Made by a program: the position numbers and the translations under genes. From the NCBI GenBank assembly GCA_963676565.1, contig OY781089.1, positions 2,624,001 through 2,688,000 of the forward strand: a stretch of 64,000 nucleotides of DNA, in the 5' to 3' direction. Positions 9,453 to 18,629 of this stretch are shown here, piece after piece (position 1 is the stretch's first letter; each line of letters begins with the position of its first letter). The notes beneath the pieces are model-generated. The model was given only the letters and a program-made list of their open reading frames with translations, had not been told where the DNA came from and did no database searches. This stretch comes from Halarcobacter sp. (GTDB lineage Bacteria; Campylobacterota; Campylobacteria; Campylobacterales; Arcobacteraceae).

Positions 9453-10290
9453 TATGGTACTTATACTCATAAGCTAAAAGATGGCTATACAAATATACAT
9501 ATGAAACAAAAAAAAGAGGAAGAATAGAAAAAATGCTTTCTTTTATTAGCTTTGTTACTGTTGGTCTTGATAAATTTAGTTCCTCTGCTATTGCCTTTAT
9601 ATTTGGTTTTCCATTTAGCTTTATATAACTACCTTCATTTATCAACTTTAATATCATTCTTGTATTTTGTTGTTTCTGCTTCTTCATTTGCTTCCCTCTC
9701 ATTTCTCCACCTTTCTTATATGCCTTTTTTAACTCAATAGGTGTTAGTTGTTGTTTTAAATTGTTTTTGTTCTTTAAAATAAAGCTATATACTCTATTTG
9801 ACATATTTAATAACTCTTTATAGCTATATGGTTTATTTAATTTGTCATTTATCTTATGTCCTGCATATATAATCATTTCAAGTGATAATATTTTGTGGTA
9901 GTACAAATTTTTTGCATAGATACATAGTCTTTGATACATATCTTTTTTATTTTGCGCAAATAGTATTATTGGATATTTTGTATTTATTGATTTATAGTGA
10001 TTTGATAAGTCATCTAAAGAGTATTTTTTGTATTCAACCTCATCAATATCTGTACTTTCTACAAATTCAAAATTTACTTTTATATGATGTTTCATTGAGT
10101 GCTTTATATTTGCTAACCATTTAAGCTGTTTAGGTGAACTTATAGAGTGTTTTAGTTCATAAGTAATACAAACATAGCCTTGATGATTAAACTTCGTTAG
10201 AGTCTTTATATGAGTTGGTATTAATAAAGAGTATGCAACCTTTTCATAATCATTAAAAAGAAATTGTAACGATATTTTATTTAGTTGCAT
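9391..10290 (-). CDS. Putative replication initiator (ColE2-type replicase-like, C-terminal HTH)
   Basis: KKGG..RG basic patch followed by HTH NIKAIAEELNLSRPTVTKLI; position within the element. Confidence 0.55.
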   Translation of the reverse strand: MQLNKISLQFLFNDYEKVAYSLLIPTHIKTLTKFNHQGYVCITYELKHSISSPKQLKWLANIKHSMKHHIKVNFEFVESTDIDEVEYKKYSLDDLSNHYKSINTKYPIILFAQNKKDMYQRLCIYAKNLYYHKILSLEMIIYAGHKINDKLNKPYSYKELLNMSNRVYSFILKNKNNLKQQLTPIELKKAYKKGGEMRGKQMKKQKQQNTRMILKLINEGSYIKLNGKPNIKAIAEELNLSRPTVTKLIKESIFSILPLFFVSYVYLYSHLLAYEYKYHNVIANFTLLTERRYIGGYRV

Positions 10291-10304
10291 ACTACTATTT
10301 AAAC

Positions 10305-10589
10305 CTATTTTCTAACTAACTTTTTCTTAGGTTTATTAACTTCTCTAAAATCCAAGTGAGGATTTTCTTCAAGTAGTTTATTTTTCATTCTACTAACTGC
10401 AACACTATTACTTATAGTCTCAAAAGTTAAATCTTCAACTTTAGTTTTTGGATTAAACTCCATTAAATACTGTTTTATAATTGCAGGATTTCCAATATCT
10501 CCACCAAATAAAAAAGGGTCATCTTCTATCTTTGAAAATGTCCACTTTTTAATATCATTGTCAATTGCATTTACATAATTCTTTTTCAT
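10305..10589 (-). CDS. Hypothetical protein (element)
   Basis: 94-aa ORF with an aagga RBS, co-oriented with the other element genes. Confidence 0.7.
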   Translation of the reverse strand: MKKNYVNAIDNDIKKWTFSKIEDDPFLFGGDIGNPAIIKQYLMEFNPKTKVEDLTFETISNSVAVSRMKNKLLEENPHLDFREVNKPKKKLVRK

Positions 10590-10772
10590 AATCTTCCTTT
10601 TTTAGGCATTACTTTATTGACCCATTATTTCAGAGCAACCTTTTTTTACTTCACTATTTAAAACTTTGTTGAATAAAACAAATTATGATAGAATTCTATT
10701 GCGATATAGCCTTATCAATTTGATTATTCATTTTGATAGGGTTTTAACTACTATTCATTTTATTACCTCCTT

Positions 10773-10985
10773 TTATAGATTTACTTTTACTGTTCTATCT
10801 TCTAAGTATCTGATTAATTCAGTTCTTGAAACATGAAGTTTGTTTCCAATTTTTACTGCTTCAAGTTTTCCATTGTAGATTAGTTTTTTTGCTGTTGGGG
10901 TTTTTATAATATGGTAGTCTTGTAGTTGTGCTAAATTAAATAACACACCTTTTGGGATTATGTTGTTATAGTCTGTTATTGCCAT
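10773..10985 (-). CDS. Excisionase/AlpA-like helix-turn-helix DNA-binding protein
   Basis: 70 aa; KKLIYNGKLEAVKIGNKLHVSRTELIRYLE resembles the HTH_17/Xis pattern. Confidence 0.8.
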   Translation of the reverse strand: MAITDYNNIIPKGVLFNLAQLQDYHIIKTPTAKKLIYNGKLEAVKIGNKLHVSRTELIRYLEDRTVKVNL

Positions 10986-11115
10986 TATAATTACTCCTAT
11001 ATGGTTATAAGTGTAAGTATAATATATATTTAGAAGTTTGGTATATTACATTTTTATAAAAATATTGATCTTTTGTATTGTTATATATTATGTATTAAGA
11101 AGTAAAAATATATAC

Positions 11116-12225
11116 CTAAAAAAAACTCTGAAGTTTTGATTGGAAGTCTTTAAATATTTTAGGTTTTAGTTCTAAAGGAGTTAGTGTTTCAAAATATTTA
11201 TTCATTGTAGCTTTAGAGACATCAAAATCCGTAGCTGATTTAATATATGAAGTTATTTTACTTGTTTCAATATTAAGTACAATTGATAGAGGTTTAAAAA
11301 TCATAAGTTTATGACAAGTTTTTGGAATAGAACAAATTTCTATTTTTTTTGATAATAATTTTATATGTCTTTCATTACCTTCATATCTTTTTAATACTTC
11401 TAAATCTTTTTTATACTCATTAATCTCTGTTCTACTTATATTACTTAGAAAAAGATAATGAGTGTAGCCATCAATCAAAGCATTTGTAAATTCAAAATAA
11501 ATATCCTTATTCTCACCTTCTGGCTTACATATTTTACATTTATATAAAAAACTCATATAATGGTTATTGCTTTTAAGTTGATATTGTCTCTTTTTGCTAT
11601 TGTCAAAAATCATATGTGTTCTATATTTCTCTGCTTCTAAGAAACTTACAACATCGTCTGAATTACTAATTTTACTTACTTCTCTTATTATAAGTTCATA
11701 ACTATTTTCAAGAATTCTTTGATTATCTTTTTGACTATTAACTAATATATTAGAATTAACCTCATGATATATTTCATGCCATAAGTTTATCTCAGCAAAT
11801 GAATGACTATCTAAATTAACAAAAAGTGTACTATAGTCTGTTAATGTATATTTATTCAATGGTATCTCTTTAATATTATCCTCATAGTCATCATATTTAT
11901 CAAAATCTATACTATCACTAAGTACATACTCCTCTTTTAATCTATCAAAAAAATCATCATTTATACAAAATTCAATTCCTGTTGTATCTAAAATATCAAC
12001 ACTATAATCGGAAGAACGACCATACCTTATAAATTCAATTACAGGCTCTATCATTTCAAGTAAATGTTCTTTATACTCATAATTAGTATGATTTACTATA
12101 GTTTGTACAAAATGTTTTTCAAATTTTTTTATTCGAATATCATCGAATATATAGCTTGATACTTCTTCATCAGTGTCAAAATCAATTTCAGTACCATAAA
12201 AAAAATCATCTATATAAAAAGTCAT
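11116..12225 (-). CDS. Hypothetical protein, acidic N-terminal half (element)
   Basis: 369-aa ORF directly downstream of the integrase; no recognised motif. Confidence 0.75.
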   Translation of the reverse strand: MTFYIDDFFYGTEIDFDTDEEVSSYIFDDIRIKKFEKHFVQTIVNHTNYEYKEHLLEMIEPVIEFIRYGRSSDYSVDILDTTGIEFCINDDFFDRLKEEYVLSDSIDFDKYDDYEDNIKEIPLNKYTLTDYSTLFVNLDSHSFAEINLWHEIYHEVNSNILVNSQKDNQRILENSYELIIREVSKISNSDDVVSFLEAEKYRTHMIFDNSKKRQYQLKSNNHYMSFLYKCKICKPEGENKDIYFEFTNALIDGYTHYLFLSNISRTEINEYKKDLEVLKRYEGNERHIKLLSKKIEICSIPKTCHKLMIFKPLSIVLNIETSKITSYIKSATDFDVSKATMNKYFETLTPLELKPKIFKDFQSKLQSFF

Positions 12226-12234
12226 TCAATATCC

Positions 12235-13476
12235 TTATCTCATTAAACCATTAAAGGCATTAATTGCCCTACTTGCTTGTTCTTTACTTGTTTTAGCGTA
12301 CCTTTGTTCTGTTATAGTGATACTACTATGTCCTAACATTCTACTTATATCTTGTATAGGCACTCCATTTTGCACTAATGTAGTTCCTAACATATGTCTT
12401 ATATCATGTAATCTTAATTTAGGTAAACCTAAAGCCTTTAATATATTTTGAAAATGTACTCTTGGTGTTTCTCTTGTATATGTAAATATCTTGGCTTCAC
12501 TTTTAGAATATAAATCAATATTTCTCAATCTTGATTGACTCTTTAAAGCTTCTAAAATATATTCATCAATTTCAAAATCAAGCTCTTTTTTTCCCTTTGT
12601 ATTTGTAGAGACTATTTTAAAAGAATTTGACTCAAAATTTAAATCACAAAATCTTAAATTTAGTATTTCATTTATTCTTCTTCCAGTCAAAGAAAAAGCA
12701 AATATATTTTTGATTTCTTCATATTGATAAAATACTTCATCACCTATATCAATTCGTGAATATTCTCTTAAAACTTTTATTATCTTCTTTGTATCATCTA
12801 AAGATAAAGTATATTCAACCTTGTTATCAACTTCGGGTAATTCTAAATCATCAAAATCAAGCGATATTTCTTTTTTATATGTTTTAAAAAAAGCCCTTAA
12901 TGTCCTTGCATATAAGGCTACTGTTGCAGGTGCTTTTTTAGAATCTAATAATCTATGAATAATCTTTTGAATATCTTTTATTGTAATAGCTGAAAAATTT
13001 TTATCATGTAATTCTCTTGAGTGAGTTCTTAGTGTAGTTTCATAGTTTTGTAAAGTTGATTTTCTTGCAGATACTTCTTTGTCTTTTAAAAAGTCATCAA
13101 CTTTATCTAAAAATGTTTCTTTTTCTTTTATATCTATTTTATCTATTTTTTTCTTTTTTCGTAGACTTTCACCTGCTTTTAGTTTTTCTTTTATATCAAG
13201 TCTAATAGAGTCTACAATATCAAGTAAGTCTTTGAAGGATTTAACAAAAAGTAGTTCTTTATTTGTCTTTGTTTCATGATAGTTAAAAATGAGATTCTTT
13301 TTACCTCTTTTTCCTTCTATCTTTACTCTAAGTTGTACTTTGATTTCTTTCTTCTTTTTGAGTAATTCATTACCTTGTTTAACTGTTGTTATATCATCTT
13401 TAAAAGTATCATCAAACTCTAAAAACAATCCTACACAATTTCTATTTGTAATATTAATTAATCTAAATTCACTCAT
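12235..13476 (-). CDS. int: Tyrosine recombinase / phage integrase
   Basis: Catalytic set TGRRINEI (R), TKGK (K), LRLHDIRH (HxxR), LGHSS, QRYA (Y). Confidence 0.95.
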   Translation of the reverse strand: MSEFRLINITNRNCVGLFLEFDDTFKDDITTVKQGNELLKKKKEIKVQLRVKIEGKRGKKNLIFNYHETKTNKELLFVKSFKDLLDIVDSIRLDIKEKLKAGESLRKKKKIDKIDIKEKETFLDKVDDFLKDKEVSARKSTLQNYETTLRTHSRELHDKNFSAITIKDIQKIIHRLLDSKKAPATVALYARTLRAFFKTYKKEISLDFDDLELPEVDNKVEYTLSLDDTKKIIKVLREYSRIDIGDEVFYQYEEIKNIFAFSLTGRRINEILNLRFCDLNFESNSFKIVSTNTKGKKELDFEIDEYILEALKSQSRLRNIDLYSKSEAKIFTYTRETPRVHFQNILKALGLPKLRLHDIRHMLGTTLVQNGVPIQDISRMLGHSSITITEQRYAKTSKEQASRAINAFNGLMR

Positions 13477-13627
13477 TCTAATATATCCTTAGATAAAAAA
13501 TGTCCTTTAAAGTACCCTTTTTAGTGTCCTAATATTTGATTTATCTATGAATAATCATATCTATTTGTATATATAGTTTAGATTAAAACCACTAATTAAA
13601 GGTACATATAGAAGTATTAGTATATAT

Positions 13628-14410
13628 TTAGATTATCTTTTCCTGACCAATTCTATATAAAGCAAAATCATATTTTATAGGATCTTCTTTATCAAAATGT
13701 TTTAATTTTTCAGTTATATCAATTGCACTTTTTAAATCATAAGTTTTTCTATCTAAAAGCCCTATTCTTTTTGAAACATTAAAAGTATGAGTATCGAGGG
13801 GCAAGATTAAATCTTTTTTATCAATTCCATGCCAAAGACCTAAATCTAGATTATCTTCTCTAATCATCCATCTAAGATACATAAACCATCTTTTATAAGG
13901 TGCATTTCCTATGTGCTTAATCTTTCCATCTTTATCCCTTTTAAATGGGCTTGAAACTAAAAATTTAAATCCTTGTGATTCATAATTTGCTAGCTGATGT
14001 ATTTTTAATATAAGAGCATCTAAAGCTTCTAGTATTGAGTTTGTATCTATATAAGTTTTTTTAAAAATCTCATTTAAACTGTATTCTTGTTTCATATTTC
14101 TAAAGGTTTGAAATATTTTTATAACATCCTCACTATTTTGAAATCTATAATAATGATTAGACAACTCTTTTTTTATAGTATCTTCATTTTTATCAAGTAA
14201 ATCAAAATCTAATGAATCTAAAAACTTAACTATTAAACTAGCTTTTCCATATCCAAACAAAGCACAAAGTAAAATTGCATATTCATCTTTATATCTACTT
14301 GCAACTAACAAAGGATCGGGTTTTTCATAGCTTAGTTCACAGGAAGAGTCTCTACATAAAACCTCTTGGTCTAAAAGTTGTTTTAATTCTAAATCTTTTT
14401 TAGTCATCAT
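13628..14410 (-). CDS. TIGR02757/DUF2400 family protein (integration target, restored by element-encoded tail)
   Basis: KPDP...ALFGYG...KRWFMYLRWMIR..D.GLW...PLDTH...DPIKYDFALY. Confidence 0.9.
   Translation of the reverse strand: MMTKKDLELKQLLDQEVLCRDSSCELSYEKPDPLLVASRYKDEYAILLCALFGYGKASLIVKFLDSLDFDLLDKNEDTIKKELSNHYYRFQNSEDVIKIFQTFRNMKQEYSLNEIFKKTYIDTNSILEALDALILKIHQLANYESQGFKFLVSSPFKRDKDGKIKHIGNAPYKRWFMYLRWMIREDNLDLGLWHGIDKKDLILPLDTHTFNVSKRIGLLDRKTYDLKSAIDITEKLKHFDKEDPIKYDFALYRIGQEKII
13647..13659. repeat. att core copy (right, integrase-proximal)
   Basis: ccaattctatata within the last codons of the TIGR02757 gene. Confidence 0.85.
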
Positions 14411-15113
14411 TTCTCATATCAATTAACTCTTCTAAATCCTCTTCAATTTTTGCATATGCATTATTGGCATCTTCATAATAAATTTTGTTAAAGTTTTCTT
14501 CATATATCAAGTGGTTTGCTTCAAGATTATTCAATATAGAATAATTTGCAAATGAAGACAAATAATTAACATCAATCACATTTCCACTTGTACCAATAAC
14601 CACCAAAATATCACATTGTTCTAAAATATTATACATAAGTTCATACTTAGGAGCAGCTTCTCCAAAAAATACAATATTTGGCCTCATTTTTGAACCACAA
14701 ATTTTACATTGGCTATTTGTTTCATCTTGCAGTTTATAATCAATATTTACTATATTCTCACATTTGGTACATTTAATCTCTTTTAAAAAACCATGTAAAT
14801 GTATCACATCTTTACAATTTGCTTTTTCAAGTAAGTCATCAACATTTTGAGTAATAACTTCTATTTTTTCGGGATATTTATCTTTTAATCTTGCAATCAT
14901 TTTGTGAGCATTATTAGGTAGTTTTTCTTCAATATCTTTTCTTCTTAAATTATAAAAGTTAATTGTATTTTCATAATTCCAATCTAAGCACCCTGCACTA
15001 CATATCTCATTTATATCATGATTTTCCCACAATCCATCACTATCTCTAAAAGTTGAAATACCACTACTAGCACTAAGTCCTGCACCACTAAAAATTATGA
15101 TTTTATCTCTCAT
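14400..15113 (-). CDS. cobB: NAD-dependent protein deacylase, Sir2/CobB family
   Basis: GAGLSASSGISTFRD, ITQNVDDL, HLHG, Zn-binding Cys pairs, RPNIVFFGE, GTSG. Confidence 0.9.
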   Translation of the reverse strand: MRDKIIIFSGAGLSASSGISTFRDSDGLWENHDINEICSAGCLDWNYENTINFYNLRRKDIEEKLPNNAHKMIARLKDKYPEKIEVITQNVDDLLEKANCKDVIHLHGFLKEIKCTKCENIVNIDYKLQDETNSQCKICGSKMRPNIVFFGEAAPKYELMYNILEQCDILVVIGTSGNVIDVNYLSSFANYSILNNLEANHLIYEENFNKIYYEDANNAYAKIEEDLEELIDMRNDD

Positions 15114-15180
15114 AATACCTTCTATTTTTTCTGATATAATACCATTTTTAAAAAATGATATTGTTTAATTAGGATTACAC

Positions 15181-16002
15181 ATGAGAAATATACTTATAAC
15201 TGGATGCTCAAGCGGGATAGGCTTAGAAACTGCAAAAATATTAAAAAAAGAAGGTATAAAAGTATATGCAAGTGCTAGAAAAGAAGAAGATGTAAAAATT
15301 TTAGAAACATTAGGTTTTACTACTTTTTTATTAGATGTTAGAAACAAAGAACAAATTGCTAATGCCTTAGATTCTATTTACAAAAATGACGGAAAAATTG
15401 ATGCAGTTTTTAATAATGCAGGTTTCGGACAACCAGGAGCTGTTGAAGATGTAAGTGTCCCTGTTTTAAGAGAGCAGTTTGAAACAAATGTATTTGGTAT
15501 GCATGAAGTTACATGTCAGGTTCTTCCATATATGAGAAAACAAGGGTACGGAAAAATCATTCAACATAGTTCAGTTTTAGGGATAATTTCACTAAAATTT
15601 AGAGGTGCATACAATGCCTCAAAATATGCTATTGAAGGCTTGGCTGATACCTTGCGACTTGAATTAGCCAATACAAAAATTTTTATCTCTACAATAAATA
15701 CTGGCCCTGTTACAAGTAAGTTTAGGGAAAATGCAGTTAAGAAATTCCAAGAAAATATTAATCAAGAAAATAGTGCTTTTAAAAAAGATTATGAGACACA
15801 GTTAAATGAAAGATTAAATAATGACAAAGATGACACACCATTTAACCTACCCCCATCAGCTGTAGCTGAAAAGATTTTAAAAATAATGAATACAGATAAA
15901 CCAAAACCTAGATACTATGTTACAAAAGCAACATATATCTTAGGTTTTTTCAAAAGAGTTTTATCAACATCCCTTTTAGATTCAATACTAAAAAGAATAT
16001 AA
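15181..16002 (+). CDS. Short-chain dehydrogenase/reductase
   Basis: TGCSSGIG, NNAG, YNASK. Confidence 0.92.
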   Translation: MRNILITGCSSGIGLETAKILKKEGIKVYASARKEEDVKILETLGFTTFLLDVRNKEQIANALDSIYKNDGKIDAVFNNAGFGQPGAVEDVSVPVLREQFETNVFGMHEVTCQVLPYMRKQGYGKIIQHSSVLGIISLKFRGAYNASKYAIEGLADTLRLELANTKIFISTINTGPVTSKFRENAVKKFQENINQENSAFKKDYETQLNERLNNDKDDTPFNLPPSAVAEKILKIMNTDKPKPRYYVTKATYILGFFKRVLSTSLLDSILKRI

Positions 16003-16024
16003 AAAGAGAAAAATCTCTTTTTAT
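15999..16024. terminator. Bidirectional intrinsic terminator
   Basis: ataaaaagaga-aaaa-tctctttttat between convergent genes. Confidence 0.7.
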
Positions 16025-17734
16025 CTATTTAGAAAGATATGGTTTACCATAAAATCTAATTGTTAAGAATACCACAGCCAAACTGATTGGTAAAAGGATA
16101 TAAACTGATACACCAAATGCAGCAGGTAAATACCCACAAACTACAGCAACAACACCAACAAATAATGCATAATATAGCTGTGTAGAGATATGGTCCATAT
16201 GATCACAAGAAGAAGCCATAGATGATAAAATTGAAGTATCTGAAATAGGAGAACAATGATCACCAAAAATTGCTCCTGTTAAAACAGCTCCCACATTTAA
16301 AACTATATAGTTATGTAAATCAACACCCTCAAGTCCTGTATTTATTCCAATAGCATTTGCTAAAGGGATTGTAAGAGGCATTAAAATACCCATTGTTCCA
16401 TATGAAGTTCCAGTTGAAAAAGAGATTATAGAACCTAAAATAAAAATCACTGTAGGTAAAATAACTTGTGGTGTTGAATCAGATAATAATTGAACTAAAT
16501 AAGTTGCAGTTCCTAACTCTTTCATTACAGCACTTAAAGACCATGCTAAAATTAAAATAACAGCAGTAATAACAAGTGCCTTTACACCATAAACCCAAGT
16601 TTCAATTGCTTCATGTAAAGAAAATAGTTTTTGTTTAAGTCCCATTGCAATTGCAACAATTGAAGCTAATAATGCCGCTTCGAAAATTACTATAGAAGCA
16701 TCAGCAGCACCAAAAGCATCTCTAATTGAAGCAAAAGAGTATGGATCTGCCTGAACAGCCTTTAAAGCTTCCCCTTCTAAACCAGATACCCCATTTACAT
16801 AAAATCCAACAAAAGCAACAACAATTAAAATTGCAATTGGAATTATCGCATTATACATAGAGTATTTAATACCCTCTTTTGGTAACATATATGAGTTTTC
16901 TTGATTCATTAATTCATTTAATGCTGAATTAGGGTCAGTAACTTCACCTTTATGATGGGCTCTAGTTGCTGCTTTATGCATTGGTCCAAATTCTCTTAAT
17001 GTAATTGCAGAAAATAAAACAAATGCAAGCATTAAAATGTTGTAAAATCTATAAGGTAAAGTTTCTACAAAAATAGCAAAAGCATTTATTTCTGGTTGAC
17101 CAATTACACTATAAGCATCTTTAATCAGCGATAACTCATAACCAACCCAAGTTGAAATCAATGCAAGACCAGCAATAGGAGCAGCAGTAGCATCAATAAT
17201 AAATGCTAATTTTTCCCTTGCAATCTTTAACTTATCTGTAACAGGTCTCATAATTGGCCCAACTACAAGTGAGTTCGCATAATCATCAAAGAATATAAAA
17301 AACCCCATAACCCAAGTATAAAGTTGCGCACTTGCAGGAGTCTTTGCTTTTTTTGCTAGTTTTTCAGCAATAGCCCTAGGACCACCCATTTTAGTTATAA
17401 CTGCAATCATACCACCAATTGTAAGTACTTGTAAAACAATACCTGCATTCCAAGAATCAGCAAGTGAACCTACCATTTTTGATGAAATATCTACAAAAAT
17501 ATTAAAAAATGAAGAAAAGATATTCTCTCCACTAATATTTACAATAAAAGTCCCAGTAAAAATTCCCATAAATAGTGAAAATACTACATTTCTTGTAACA
17601 AAAGCTAATACAATTGCAACAAGAGGAGGAAGTAAGGTAAAAGCTCCATAAACAGATGTACTATCTTTAGTTTCTGCAAAAGATATAAGTGGAACAATAG
17701 CTAATAATAAAAAGATTTTTAGAAATCTACTCAA
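16025..17734 (-). CDS. NhaC-family Na+/H+ antiporter / transporter
   Basis: FFDDYAN, DATAAP, SFSTGTSYGT, GDHCSPISD; many TM helices. Confidence 0.9.
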   Translation of the reverse strand: MSRFLKIFLLLAIVPLISFAETKDSTSVYGAFTLLPPLVAIVLAFVTRNVVFSLFMGIFTGTFIVNISGENIFSSFFNIFVDISSKMVGSLADSWNAGIVLQVLTIGGMIAVITKMGGPRAIAEKLAKKAKTPASAQLYTWVMGFFIFFDDYANSLVVGPIMRPVTDKLKIAREKLAFIIDATAAPIAGLALISTWVGYELSLIKDAYSVIGQPEINAFAIFVETLPYRFYNILMLAFVLFSAITLREFGPMHKAATRAHHKGEVTDPNSALNELMNQENSYMLPKEGIKYSMYNAIIPIAILIVVAFVGFYVNGVSGLEGEALKAVQADPYSFASIRDAFGAADASIVIFEAALLASIVAIAMGLKQKLFSLHEAIETWVYGVKALVITAVILILAWSLSAVMKELGTATYLVQLLSDSTPQVILPTVIFILGSIISFSTGTSYGTMGILMPLTIPLANAIGINTGLEGVDLHNYIVLNVGAVLTGAIFGDHCSPISDTSILSSMASSCDHMDHISTQLYYALFVGVVAVVCGYLPAAFGVSVYILLPISLAVVFLTIRFYGKPYLSK

Positions 17735-17826
17735 TTTAAATCCTTCAATAAAATTTTGAAGGTGAAATTATATAAAAAAATTGCTTTAAAGTTTCATATA
17801 AATTACATTTGTGTTTAAAGTATTTA

Positions 17827-18627
17827 TTAAGTTTGTTGAATCTCTTTTGTATTTGCTTTTTGTTGTAAAAAATCAGATATTTGCATTAAACAAAAAGTAA
17901 CTATAAATATCATCAGACCAGGGAAAAAACTAACCCACCAAGCAATATCAATTACAGCTTTCCCATCACTTAATAAACTACCCCAAGACATTTGAGGAGG
18001 ATTAATTCCAAGACCTAAAAAAGAAAGCCCTGATTCAGCTAAAATTGCCCCTCCAACTCCAAAGGTAAAAGATATCAAAAATATTGGAGCTAAAAGTGGT
18101 GCAAAATATTTGAAGATTATTTTGATTTTTGAAACATTTGCAAGTTTTAAAATCTTTATAAAAGGTTTATTTCCAATTGCAAAACTCTCACTTCTAATAA
18201 GTCTAGCCATCCCCATCCAGCCAGTTATTGAAATCACTATTATCAAAACTAAAGCTGATGCTTGTATATATGAAACAAGTGCAAGAAGTAAAAAGAAAGT
18301 TGGAAACGTTAAGAAAAGATCAATTAATATTGTAATCCCTTTATCAATATTTCCTCTGAAATACCCTGCATTAATTCCAATAAAAAGTCCAACTAGTGAA
18401 GCAATAGCTGCACTTAAGAAACCTATTATAAGTGAAGTTTGACCCCCATTTAAGATTCTAGCAAGAACATCACGCCCAAGTCTATCAGTACCAAAAAGGT
18501 GGTTAAAAGAAGGTGCTTCAAGTATTCTTGCAGGATTTAATTCATAGGGTGATACAGTATAAAAAAACGGCATAAAAAATACCAATAAAATCAAAGATAT
18601 TAAAATATATGATGCCGCTTTTACCAT
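17827..18627 (-). CDS. Peptide/nickel ABC transporter permease (DppC/OppC-like)
   Basis: HLFGTDRLGRDV, AESGLSFLGLG..PP..SWG. Confidence 0.9.
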   Translation of the reverse strand: MVKAASYILISLILLVFFMPFFYTVSPYELNPARILEAPSFNHLFGTDRLGRDVLARILNGGQTSLIIGFLSAAIASLVGLFIGINAGYFRGNIDKGITILIDLFLTFPTFFLLLALVSYIQASALVLIIVISITGWMGMARLIRSESFAIGNKPFIKILKLANVSKIKIIFKYFAPLLAPIFLISFTFGVGGAILAESGLSFLGLGINPPQMSWGSLLSDGKAVIDIAWWVSFFPGLMIFIVTFCLMQISDFLQQKANTKEIQQT

Positions 18628-18629
18628 TT

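Larger units (their letters stand above)
7472..13659 (-). mobile_element. ~6.2-kb integrative element (phage-satellite-like island) inserted in the 3' end of the TIGR02757 gene
   Basis: 13-bp direct repeat ccaattctatata at 7472-7484 and 13647-13659; tyrosine integrase at one end; co-oriented Xis-like, Rep-like and orphan genes. Confidence 0.88.

Noticed and set aside
7472..13659. Island as a complete prophage or ICE
   Set aside because: Too small; no recognisable structural, lysis, relaxase or conjugation genes.
14400..15113. Sir2 protein near the island as an anti-phage (Thoeris/DSR-like) gene
   Set aside because: It lies outside the att core and is a standard ~240-aa CobB-type deacylase with a Zn ribbon.
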